Source: Octopus sinensis
Lineage: Eukaryota
DNA length: 64,000 nucleotides
Direction: 5' to 3'
Assembly (NCBI RefSeq): GCF_006345805.1
Contig: NC_042999.1
Location: forward strand, 47,120,001-47,184,000
Of the stretch, positions 38,066 to 50,990 are shown piece by piece. Position 1 is the stretch's first letter. Each line of letters starts with the position of its first letter. Made by a program: the position numbers and the translations under genes. The notes under the pieces were generated by a model. It was not told the DNA's origin. It worked only from the letters and a program-made list of their open reading frames with translations, and ran no database searches.

Positions 38066-39494
38066 TGCCTGATATTTCATATTTTTCCACAGCAATAAAA
38101 TCACAGTGTACATTATTTCCACCGAGTCATACATAACTTTTCGTATGTGTGAAATAAAATTAGCATAGTTTCCCATGATACTCAGTATAATGCAAATACA
38201 TTTAAAACAATTTAACTAATATTTAGGCATTTATACTCATCTAAAATTTATACCCATGCTAAAATTTTCCCCCTTTATGAATGAAAAGTAGAAATAAAAC
38301 GGTTAATGCAATAAAACTGTGTTTCATAAGTTCATTTTCCATCATTATGTCAAATATAATCCCTATAAATAATTTTCGTAAGGAAATTTGACAGGAGTAT
38401 GTTATGGAATATAAGATGTATTTAACAAATTTCATACTGGCTAAATAAATACTCAAATTATGAGATTCACTGTGTGGTAGCGATAAATTTTAGCCGATAA
38501 TTAATAAGATAAATGTGTGTAATATATTCGTTACACCATCTGCTAGTGAACATCATCTAGCAACTTTCACCGCGAGCTTTATATGCATGTAACGCAATTT
38601 TCATGGAAATATGCAAAAGTAATTTGCCATTGTATTTCTTCAATAATTTAATTTTTGCAAATCCCTCTTGTCGGCTAGTCTCAAAACAATCTATCCATAC
38701 ATACCTGTAAATTTGTTGTTGTATTTTGTCTAAATCTCGTATGTAGCTTATCTTTTTTTAGCTAACATAAACAGTTGGAATAAATAAAACAGAACGTTTT
38801 GATAAAAGTAAGTAACAGTCTTACCAAATGAATGTTGTTTTGCAATAGAAGGCATTTTATTGACTGTAGGATGATTTAAAAATGAAATCTTGCGGGTTAT
38901 TTGATTTTAAGCCTTTAAAAAAGAAGGAACAAATATCACAAAATCTTTGACTGAGGCATTAATGATTCTGTCACTTCGTTTACTTTGAACAAAATATATA
39001 ACTTTCCGATTGTTTGCTTTAAAGGTAAAATTTAATCAGCTGTTTCTGCAAAGTCGTGTTGTTCGTTGAACGTGAAGCTCGAGCTTTAGACAAATATTTA
39101 TTCAGGATTATACCATGTGAGACAAATGCATCAATAGTTTAGCTAATCTATGAAAGTGGAATTTGTGAGAAATTAAGGAAGTGTCAACTTTACTGTACTC
39201 GTGCCATTTTATCATACGGCAGTCATTATATGTCCTCTATGAAATATGTTTTTGACGGGAATTATTCATTATGTTAAATGTTGAACATGAATGTCTATAA
39301 TACGTGTGATGCTGAGTATAAACACTTCATAGAAAAGTGTAAGTTCTGAAAACAGTAAAATCTGTGTACACACACATGCGCACGCGTTTATATATTCTTG
39401 AACGTGTGAAATAATGAATATATGTGTATATATACTTATATTATATATATATATATATGTGCGTATGTATATGTGTGCGCACGCTTGTGTGTGA

Positions 39495-39559
<65 letters not shown>

Positions 39560-39562
<3 letters not shown>

Positions 39563-39740
39563 ACACGCATTTTTCTCTCATTGTTTCTCTCATTGTACTT
39601 TTCTGTGTATCTTCCTGTCGAAGAGCGTAGGCTCGAAACGTAAAATACTTTTTCTATTCCTGAGCGCTATACTAATGCTTTTGTTTGTTTGTACTCCACC
39701 TGCCTTCGTCTTTTGTTTATTTTCGTAAACATTCCCATTA
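39560..39740 (+). mobile_element. Short TA-flanked element with hammerhead-like relic
   Basis: CTGTCGA-A-GAGC gtag GCTC-GAAA-CG-TA at 39615-39642, between two (TA)n tracts. Confidence 0.5.
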
Positions 39741-39748
39741 TATATACC

Positions 39749-39788
<40 letters not shown>

Positions 39789-39851
39789 TGTATGTATACA
39801 CACACACACACATATATATATAAATATATATGTATGTTATAGATATATACG

Positions 39852-39897
<46 letters not shown>

Positions 39898-40924
39898 TAT
39901 GTGTATGTATGTATATATTACAAAGACGTATATAGAAAACCATTTGCTTAAGTAGATAACGGCCTTGATTGCGATCATGACAAATTGCGGGCATGATAAA
40001 TTGCGGCAATTCATTTGCTGCACATGACAAATGAATAATATTGTACAACATTCACCAAACCCCACTCAATAAAAGATACAAAACATCAAAGTTGTAATAA
40101 ATGCCACACGTTGAAAATTCTAGTCATGTCACAATGATCTGGCAAATCTAAAACATCTCTAAAACCGCACGGAGTACATTTTGAGTATTTTCCGTATCTG
40201 AACTTAAATGAAATTATGGTAATTCAGAAACGGTAATTCGAATACCGAATAGTATTTCCAGCTATCTTCTTTAAATTAATTGCTTTTGATACTAAATTTT
40301 AGTTTTCGATTCTAAACTCAAGCCACGTAATTAGCATCTATATTTTCCAAAATTTTCGTAAGAATGCAGTTTCTAGAAGTGAAAATTATTTGGGAGTGTT
40401 AGATTGAAATATTATTGGGTTCTCTTCTTTATGAAATTATATTTTGTTTTGTGCTGATTATTGAAAATAATCTATGATCTGAGTAAAGCAACATTATTTT
40501 TGTTAGTAACTATTATATACAAAAATAAAAAACTGGGAAAAAAGGCACTGTTTTCTGAAGCTGTCTACTTATTGTCATTCACAGCTTGACTGAATGCTTT
40601 GAATTATTTACTTGAACATTGATTGACTCCTTTTATTGTGTATTTTATCAAATAAGTATTAAAGAGGTGTAGAAAAATGAATTGCAATTCCGCACTCTAA
40701 ACGGAAGCTGGAGCCGAGAGAAAAAAATAAAATCAATAAGAGTAGTATTACAAAAATGACTGACGAATATGTTAGCGAGTTAATGAGATCTTACTTCTAA
40801 AAAATAATTATGTATACTTCGTCTGAGTACAGATCGTATCTGTTATTCTTAACATAGCTACACACAGATGTCACAAATGTCTCAAAATGAATTTCCTAGA
40901 GAGTGTACTCACATATATAATTTT

Positions 40925-41167
40925 ATCTTTTATCTCTTATTCGAGACAATCATTTGTCTGCGGCCATGCCTCGGCACCGCCTTGGAGGGTTTTAGTCGAA
41001 AGAATCATCTCTCCAAGACTTATTTTTAAGCCTGCTACTTATTCTATCGGTCTTCTTTGCCGAACCGCTACGTTACATGGACATAAAACACACCAACACC
41101 GGTTGTCAAGCGGTGATGAGGGACAAATACAAACACACACACACATTTATATATATTCATGTGTATG

Positions 41168-41219
<52 letters not shown>

Positions 41220-41465
41220 CACACACACACACACACACGCACACACACACACACACACATATATATACAGAAAATGAAAGAAGACTGTCGTATATATATA
41301 TATATATATATACGACAGTCTTCTTTCATTTTCTGTCTATCAAATCTGTACACAAGGCTTTGGTTGGCCCGGGTCTATAGTAGAAGACACTTTCACAAGA
41401 TGCCGTGTAGTGAGACTGAACCCAGAATCCTCTGTTTTGGAAGTAGGCTACTTACGACACAGCCA
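40925..41465 (-). mobile_element. SINE family B with expanded internal (CTAT)n/(CA)n/(TA)n
   Basis: Family B motifs on both sides of the microsatellite. Confidence 0.85.
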
Positions 41466-42504
41466 AACATGGGCTTTATTGAAGGTTTCAAAGGAATACA
41501 AGTTTTCAGTCATCTATGGTGGATGAAGTGAAGCATAACGTGTGAGGTTATTGCTACAGCATATTTTATGTTGAGAAAAAGATGTTGTTAGCAAAATGCT
41601 TTTGAAAAGAAATGAGATCCAATGTCATTTCGCTCGGAGTTGCTTTCATAGAGGTAATATAAGCTAACTGTCTATTGTTCTGCTGCAAATTATTTCAACG
41701 TAATTTCATTGATTCAAACAATAAGTGCCTCACCATTTTAGTCACATGTAAGTTGTGATTTAAAACGATAAAATAAATGACCGGAAGCGTAACTCTCTTC
41801 AAACTCTGGGTTTTCATCTTATGTATTAGCTAGTGATGGACAGATTAATTAATTTTGAAATAATTAATGAAGAAATATTAAACTTATAATCATTTCGTTT
41901 AATATTCTTACTCATCTCCTGTATTGTTTTGTAGGATTTTTTCTAAAAAGTGGAATTCCTTCCGTGCAAAATGAATTGGAGTGAAAGATACTATGTTCTT
42001 TTCAGTCACTTTCAAATATATAAAAAAGCAGAACAAGTGAAAAATAAAATTTGACCTGTGCGAAATTAATCTTATATATTTATGTAACCCAGCTTGGCTC
42101 CACGACTGTAATATTTAGACACTGGCTCTTTACCAATTGTATCAAATTTATGAGAGACTAAATAATAAATAAATCATATTAATGGCAAATATATTGAGAT
42201 GTCTTCTTATGCTATTATGTTACAATATTGATGCGCAAATACAGACTGCTGTCATCTTTAATACACGGATAAAAGTCTGTTAGCTTGAAAGCCAACTGGG
42301 ATGAACAACCTACGATAAACGTAGGAAACAAACGAGAAGTATATCATCTTCATTGTCCTCATCATCGTTATTGTCGTTGCCCCTGTCTTCCTCATCGAAA
42401 TCATCATCTTCGACAGGAAAAAAAAAAAACATCAGGGAAGAGGAAAAAATTTAAGAATGGCAGACAAGAGATAATGCAAATCAATGTAAAAATGTGATGA
42501 TGAT

Positions 42505-42566
42505 GCTACTACTAAAACTACTACTATTATTATTGCTGCTGCTACTACTACCACCACCAGCACCAG

Positions 42567-42602
<36 letters not shown>

Positions 42603-42770
42603 ACTACTACTACTACTACTAATAATAATAATAATGGTTTCAACTGATAAAATGTTAAGTTCACCACGGGGATTTTGAATTCAAATAGTAGTGGTAGTGG
42701 TAGTAGTAGTAGTATTAGTAATAATAGTAGTAGTAGTAATAATAGTAATAATAGTAGTATTAGTAGTAGC

Positions 42771-42814
<44 letters not shown>

Positions 42815-42880
42815 CAGTAGCAGTAGCAGTAGTAGTAGTAGTAGTAGTAGCAGCAGAAGCAGTAGTAGTAGTAGTAATAA
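42505..42880. repeat. (ACT)n/(AGT)n compound microsatellite region
   Basis: Direct reading; source of the poly-L/S/V/Y ORFs. Confidence 0.95.
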
Positions 42881-45800
42881 TCGTACAAAGGAAAAATGTA
42901 AGAAGGTGAAAAAGACGAGGAGAATGAAGAGGGGGAGTGTAACATGGAGATTAAAGAAGTAAAAGGTGCTGATGCAGAAGAAGAAGAAGACACTGAACTG
43001 AAAAATACTAAAGAATGACGCAGCAAAAAGCGTAAAAAAGAAGTAGAAGAAGAAAAGAAATAAGAAGCTGGAAATGTAAGATGAAGAAAGATATGGAAAA
43101 GAAGTGGAAGTTGCTAGGATATGAAAATAACGACGGCAGAAAGGAACGTAGTATTGTAAAATCGGACGAACATGAAAAATCAAAGCGAAAATGAAGAGAT
43201 TATAGTGTGACTCCATTTGAAAGTTGTAGGCTTCTCTATTGGAGACGGATAACAAAGTAAATAAATAAATAAATAAAGTAAACAAAGAGAATAAGAAGGC
43301 AAAAATAAAGGAGGTAAATTGAGACATTCACACAATGGTACATCACGTAGTCGAAGGAGAGATTGCATAGTTTATTCAGGCGATCACAAGTTGTTTTCAT
43401 GCTACCAATACCAGTACCACTTGAATAACTCTGACTAGTAGAACTGATCGACCTTAAACAATGATGTACAGTACTCATTGTGTCATAGCATCTTCATTAC
43501 CCTCATGAAATCAACCACCGAAACCTTCGCATTCATCGCAAATATCATGGTCACTGCATCTATTACTGCATTTCTTAGGTTTGTAGTACACACCGCGAAC
43601 ACTGCACAGGCACCAGTTACGTAAAGAAAACATTCGAATATACTGATATATCTGCTACATCATTCGAGCACACAACATTCCTTGCATCCACCATTCAAAC
43701 AAACAGTAACCACCGCATCCACTTGGCAATCGATTTGCTCAAAGCGCATTTTGCTCTCAGCATTTATCGCACCCACTGCGTCCATGCGTCCACTGGTACT
43801 ACGTTTACCACATTTACCCGCGTACACTGCACTCATTGCATGAACTATGCATACTACACCTTCAGCAACCATTGCGCACGCGGCACTCAGTGTACAAAGC
43901 ACCCATTATGCTTATCTTAACCACCGATGCAAAACTACTCAGGAAAGAAAAATAACATAAGACATCATTTCCGGAAATCTCAGAGCTTTCGTTTGGTCCC
44001 CTGGTCAGACGCAAACGATTGTTGAAGCATACGTCACAGACTTAGTAATGGTAAGAAAATATACCACGACTAACGCGATCCAGTGTTCCGATCGCAGATG
44101 GGAAGACGATGGCTTATTCACAGCAGGAATGCTTTTACTGATAGTTCTCTACAGGGAGAGGTAGTGGGAGCTTAACCTTCAGTCTGCTTGTAAACACATG
44201 TATGTTTATTAGTTTTCTTTCAGCCGTATTCCCAATCCAGCATAGAGATTCAATCACTATCATAGCGATCAGTTTTTCCGCCCCTCTGTCTACTATACAC
44301 GAAGACCAATACTGCCAATTCCACCCTCATCACTACTACCATTATTACCACAACATGATAACCAACAATACAATATGCTGTACGTATATACAACTCATAT
44401 TTAAAAAAAAAGTGTTTTACTTCAGTCCTACCGCTACGGTGACAAAATTCACACAGTAGTAATCACAACATTTCCCCTATGGCTACAAAAACTTCAACCA
44501 CCACCAAAATCTTCGCTACGAACTGTATCACCATCACCTGAATCAGCTGCAACCACTGCTCCTGATATGAGAAACACCTCCTTACTACATCACCAAACAT
44601 TCATTCATTCAGAACTGGCAGATATATTTATTTTTAGAAAACATGCCGCGAACAACAATCAATATTTTTTATCAATACAAAGTAGCAAGCAGTACAGAAT
44701 TGAACAATGTGTTGTTTGTTATTGTAGCTTTGTTCTGAATATTAGCATGATGTCTCATAGAGTTATGGTAAAATTACATAATAGAATGGCGAGGCATTCA
44801 TGCCTTTCTGCTGGACATAGTTGGCTATTTTGGGCAAATCTAATTTGTGATGTGAAAAGGCAAACAGGTGAATTTGATTTATATGGATCCTAAAATCACA
44901 TATAGCTTTATGTAATAAAATTAGACTAATTCTCTTACAAAAAAAAAAAAAACACGTTGTTTAACATAACCGGGAGTAAGTAAGATAAACTACCTTATTG
45001 TATTTAACTATAGATCTTAACATTCAGAGTTCGATACCCACCACCGATCTCATTCATACATTAACACTTCCAAAGTCAATTAAAAAAAGCTTGTAAAGTA
45101 TTAGGTTTGATATAATCAACTGTTACCTTCCACAAAATTGAGACGTAAAGCGCCATATCTAGCCGAAAACGTATTTCTCATTATCCACCCTATGTAAGTT
45201 AAAGCTGACATCTTCTCTAAAGGCGATTTAACAATTAACCAACTAGATTGGGAATATAAAATTTTAATCTCACAGGAGGACAGAATGAGATGGGAGTCAG
45301 AATGTTAAGCAATTGTTTATCGGCAGACAGGATTTTCTCAGGGGAGCAGACGCGAAATGTCTAAAACTAGCATAGAACATTCTCTCAAATCACACCAACC
45401 TCTCAAAATTTAACAATAGACTATAGCGAGCAAACCAGTTCCTGATATACATAACAAAATGTTATCACCAAGAGACTGCTTTTCATTATACATACATACA
45501 TACATACTTCTCCTTTTCTGGATTTTTATTTGAATATTTATAAACCAAGATTTATACATAAACCTATTATTTCAGGAATATTACTATTCACTACAAACCA
45601 GTAACTCATTGCAAATTTTTCTATATATTAAGGTGGTTATTTTGACCCCGATTTAGGTATACATGTATAAGTGCACCTTCGGTTACGATACTGCGTATTC
45701 CAGTTCATCCGATCAACGGTGGTATGTATATAAAATCAACGTGCAAGGCGGTTAGAAACCACAGGCAAACTTAACCTAATTCTCAAGGTTATTCAGCGTG

Positions 45801-47870
45801 ACACAGAATGGGACAAGGCTGGTCGTTCGAATTACAGGTACTACTAATTTTTGCCAGCAAATTGCAAATATGCACATATACATACACGTATATATATATA
45901 CAAAAATACCTTGTTGATCCCGAAACTCCAATGAAGGAGCCTTGGATATAGGTTAGAAACCGGTCCTTTCTCTGTCGGCATGAAATCTTGAAATAAAACT
46001 GAGCTATATACATGCAAGGATACATAAACAAACACGCACACAGACACAAACACGAGCATGCGCACACACGCACACACACACACACAAATATATGTGTGTG
46101 TATAGGGTATTTCCAGAAAGCACTCAACCCAGGTTCTGGGTTATCAACACTGTGGGATTCTAGATTAATACCAAAATTCTAACGAAAGCATACCTCTTAT
46201 GTTTATGTAAACCTGTATATAAACACACGCTCATATATGCATAAGCGTGTGAATGTATGGGTTGTTTTAATAAAAAAAGTGATAAACCTACTTTCGCTGG
46301 AGACGTCTATTAAATTGCGTTTCAAGACTGTTTTCAATGAAAGTAGCAGTAAAGGAAAGCCATGCCTAAATTCAAGAAAGCAGTGAGTTTTTGAATATGT
46401 TTATATAATATGTATCGTTGTGTTACAATACTGCACAACAATGAATTAATTTTACATTTTGCAAAATTAGATATATTTTCGCTTTTAATAAAGTTGCTTT
46501 TCTTATAATTGTTACGATATCCTGAACTCATCGATGGTGATATTGACTTACCTGGGTGATTACGCTAAGATTTCTTATTGAGCGGATGTTATCTGTTATT
46601 CACCTATAGATATATTAACTTAATTTTCTGTGTGCTCACTCTTCATTTTTCATGCAAATAATGATGTGTCTATGTAATTAAGCTGACACTTAGTTTTTAA
46701 ATATCCTCGATTTTCACGCCTACTTGTCTACGTAATAATACAACTACTTACTAATTCTATCATCACTACATCAGCAAGTGAGATTATGTCTAGGTTTATC
46801 TAATAGAAGAGAAACAAGTCTCAAGTTTTCACACGTGCTTGCCAAAACGTTTAAAATATTAGGTTTTTGTTTTTGTTAATATTGTCGTTTTCTTACTAAA
46901 TAATTATTTCTAATTATTCCTAATTATGTAATTATCTTCTTTTTTTCTTAGCTACTATTAAATATGTTAATACTTAACTATTGTTTTCAATGCGGATTGG
47001 GTTTCTAGATAATATTCGTTAGTTATTTTCGAAGAATAAATTATTTGTTTGTGCAAATTTGGCAACCACTGTTCTAGGAAGATTATGCAACACACTACAG
47101 AGCATACAAATTAAGTCGAAATAGCAATTTACTGTAACACAATGTGCTCACAATCGGTAATAAACACAATATTGTTTTGAAGAGAAAACTAGTAATTTAA
47201 ACACTGCCAGTCCTTCATATATATATATACACATATACATACATACATACATTCATACATGTATACGCTCACACACACACATACACCCATATATATATAT
47301 GTATATACATATTTATATATATATGTTTTAGATTTAAAATGAAGGGTCAGACATTAAAAATCGAGAAGCAGAATATAATATGAACCCAAAGAAAAAGATA
47401 ATGCGAATAAAGATATAATACGAAAACCAAAACCAAATAATTACAGGATATATACGATCAATAGTACGAAGGATATCCATAACAATAAAGAAATGATTAT
47501 TAGAGACATTAAATATATTTCAGGACACCCGACAGTGAGTCTGATGTCTTTTAGCACACATTTATGTCAGACTTTACTTAAAATTCTGGCCGTTAATATC
47601 AACCTGGTGAATTTATTGCTGTTAAAATGCTTATATCCAACTGGTTTATAGCTGTTGAGGAACTGCATAAAGAAGTAAAATATAGCTATGTATATTCATT
47701 ATGGGTTTACAGAGTTAATAATGTAATGAAGTAACTTAAAAAGTATGTAAATTCAACAGCAATAAATATTTGTTTTTAATATTTTACATTAGCTTATGGA
47801 TGAATGTTTGCTCGCTCACACATAAACGCATATATGTGAGAGCGACATATATGAGAGAATATATGCTTTT

Positions 47871-47873
<3 letters not shown>

Positions 47874-47927
<54 letters not shown>

Positions 47928-48130
47928 ATATATATATATATATAAACATATATAAACATATATATATATATACACATATATATACATGTATGTATATGTA
48001 TATATATGTATGTGTAAATGTGTATATATATATATGCTTATATATATATATATGTACATATATTTGAATATATACGTATGTATATATATATATATATATA
48101 TATACGTATATATTCAAATATATGTACATA

Positions 48131-48173
<43 letters not shown>

Positions 48174-48359
48174 TATATATTTATTTATTTATATATATAT
48201 ATACGTATATATTCAAATATATGTACATATATTTATATATGTATATGCATATATATATACATGTATATATTCATATATATACACATTTACACATACATAT
48301 ATATACATATACATACATGTATATATATGTGTATATATATGTATATATATAAATATATG

Positions 48360-48396
<37 letters not shown>
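47874..48396. repeat. Inverted duplication of a complex (TA)-rich microsatellite
   Basis: About 47968-48030 is the reverse complement of about 48274-48338; 48050-48078 is the reverse complement of both 48103-48131 and 48202-48230; outer (CA)n and (TG)n. Confidence 0.85.
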
Positions 48397-48650
48397 TTAG
48401 TACAAACATATCACACATAATTATGTACACACGTAAAAACCCACATATGTAAAAATAAGAGTGTAACCATGAAGTATTCAGCAACTCTGCTTGCAGGTGA
48501 AAAGAGGCATATGATGCTTACGTACGAATCTGCCCATTAGATTTAGCCCCTAATTTACAGGGTCAGCCTGGTCATAATATGTCACGACAATTCATCTTGA
48601 ATAGTAAGATGATTTAATACATTTCAGTGGATTACAGAAAATTTGACATT

Positions 48651-49466
48651 GTGTGGTCCGGTCAATAAGTATCCGGACTGTTGCCATAGTAACAAAGCTA
48701 AAGGGCGTAGAGTTAAACCGCTTGACGCAGATTGACCATGAACGCTGTTTTACATGCACACTAATGTTTAATGTTCTAACTTGTTTACAGCACTTCTTGA
48801 AACGAATTGGTTTGTGATCGTTGCATTGACCTTGACAGACCAGGTTGTCATGTGATACCTGCTCAGCGTCCTACACAAAGTTGCAAAGAGTGTATGGGGG
48901 AGGTTATATAAGTCGCACCGAAATGAACGAGTGGTTCAGACGTTTCCAAAACATTGCAGATGTGCGTACAACTGTGAGAGGAAATCGTCGAATCACCTCC
49001 TTTGAATTATCAGAGGATGTGGAGATTAGTTAGAGTTCAATCTAATCTGTTAACACTGAAGATTTGGGTACTAGATGCGTATCTGCCACGTTTGTTCCAA
49101 ACCTGCTTTCAGCTGACCAAAACAAGATCGGGGTTCAGTTGCATGATATCGCCTTGATTGTGCCGAGAATGTTGAAAGCTTTTTGAAAACTTTGCTTAGA
49201 CCTCAAAGAAGGTATCGCCAAGCTTTTGGCAAAATTTGATACAGATTCTCTGCTCAATGTTCTCTCTGATTGTAAATGCGGATATCACACGCTATACACC
49301 TTCGTTCCAAGCACTGGTGTAAACAGCAGAAGTGAAATCGTACGCTGAATCTTATTGCACATACACAGCATAGGTCAAGATCAATCTGTACCGAGCAGCT
49401 TTATGATGCGTGGTTTAGATTCGTTACCATGACAACAGTCCTGATACTTATTGGTGAGGCCACGTA
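48651..49466 (+). mobile_element. Internally deleted mariner transposon
   Basis: TIRs gtggtccggtcaataagtatccggactgttgccatagtaac / gttaccatgacaacagtcctgatacttattggtgaggccacgta; relics LQRVYGGGYISRTEMNEWFRRF and EDLGTRCVSATFVPNLLSADQ. Confidence 0.85.
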
Positions 49467-50584
49467 CATGATAAATCAATGAGAAGCTATGCTGGATGTT
49501 TGAGAGATTGGATGTACAGACACTGCATCTCACAACACAGATGCCAACTCACACATACACAAACATACACACATGTAAACGCACAGATATGTACACAAGC
49601 ATTCATAGATAGTTATTACTATGAAAAATGCGGACTCTTGCACCTTAATATTCTTGTTATTACATCTGGAAAAGTATAGAAAAGATTTCTACAGCAGAAT
49701 CTGCCTAGTTCGTCACCTCTAAAGAAACTAAAAATTACTTAAAATTAAAATTCTACTGTACTTAAAACATTGCAGCCGAGTATAGCATTTTAAAATTTTA
49801 TTATATTTTATTAAAACAAAAGTTGTAAAAGCATTACTGGGTTTTTCCATAAATAATTTTAAACCTATGGGCTTATATTCAGAAACTCTTTTCAAGTATA
49901 GCCCCAGTAATTTTTATTATTTCCAGAAAAAAATATTCACGCAAGATTATTGAAGCCTGTATTTAATCCCATGGGCTTATGTTTGGAAATAGCAGTATTT
50001 TAAAAATGAAATAAAGTTAATTAAAAAGAAAGTACAGTAGAATTCGCCTAATTAATTATCCCTAGACAATTGAAAGTACTGAATTAGATGAAATAATGAA
50101 TTAGCCACACACGAATTAGACTAATTCTATTGTATTTATGCTGACTAATAAATTTTACTTATGATTTATTTTTCAGATCAAACGTTTTGTTTTTTTTTAA
50201 TGTAGAAGAATTGACTGAGCATATGGTCGATTTCACTCCATTTAATGACCATTCTACTGCAAACAATGTTTGTTTGTTTTTGCAATGGAATTTCAATTCA
50301 AGTGAAAAAAAGCTTGTGTAATATTATTTACAACTGCATATGTTGTTTGCACTTGATACAACTGAATTAAATCACTATTCTAACTATATATTTCAAAAGA
50401 CATGATTAAAAATTTTTCCTTGTTTAAATTTATTCTTGATTATTTCTGTACAGTATTTTTCAGGATTTACTTTTTAGATTATCAAAACAAATAAAATAAA
50501 TTATCTCAAATTTACCTATTATAATGTAATTTAATTTTTAAAATGTTATTCTCGGCAGCAATATTTTACGTACTTTCTTTTTAT

Positions 50585-50798
50585 TGTTTTATTCTTTTAC
50601 TTGTTTCAGTCATTTGACTGCGGCCATGCTGGAGCACTGCCTTTAGTCGAATAAATCGACCCTTAGAATTATCCTTTGTAAGCCTAATACTTTTTCTACC
50701 GGTCACTTTTCGCCGAATCACTAGGTTACGGGGACGTAAACACACCAGCATCGGTTGTCAAGCGATATTGGACGGACACACACATACACACATAGAGT

Positions 50799-50830
<32 letters not shown>

Positions 50831-50990
50831 CGACGGACTTCTTTCAGTTTCCGTCTACCAAATCCACTCAAAAGTCTTTGGTCGACTCGAGGCTATAGTA
50901 GAAGACACTGGCCCAAGCTGCCACGCATTGGAACTGAACCCGGAACGATGTGGCTGGGAAGCAAGCTACTTTCAATACAGCCATTCCTGC
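50585..50990 (-). mobile_element. SINE family B, near full length
   Basis: Very similar to 56375-56790. Confidence 0.9.

Noticed and set aside
42285-43920. Acidic (EDDDFDEED), purine-rich and His/Thr/Cys-rich frames
   Set aside because: Degenerate trinucleotide-derived low-complexity DNA with frequent stops
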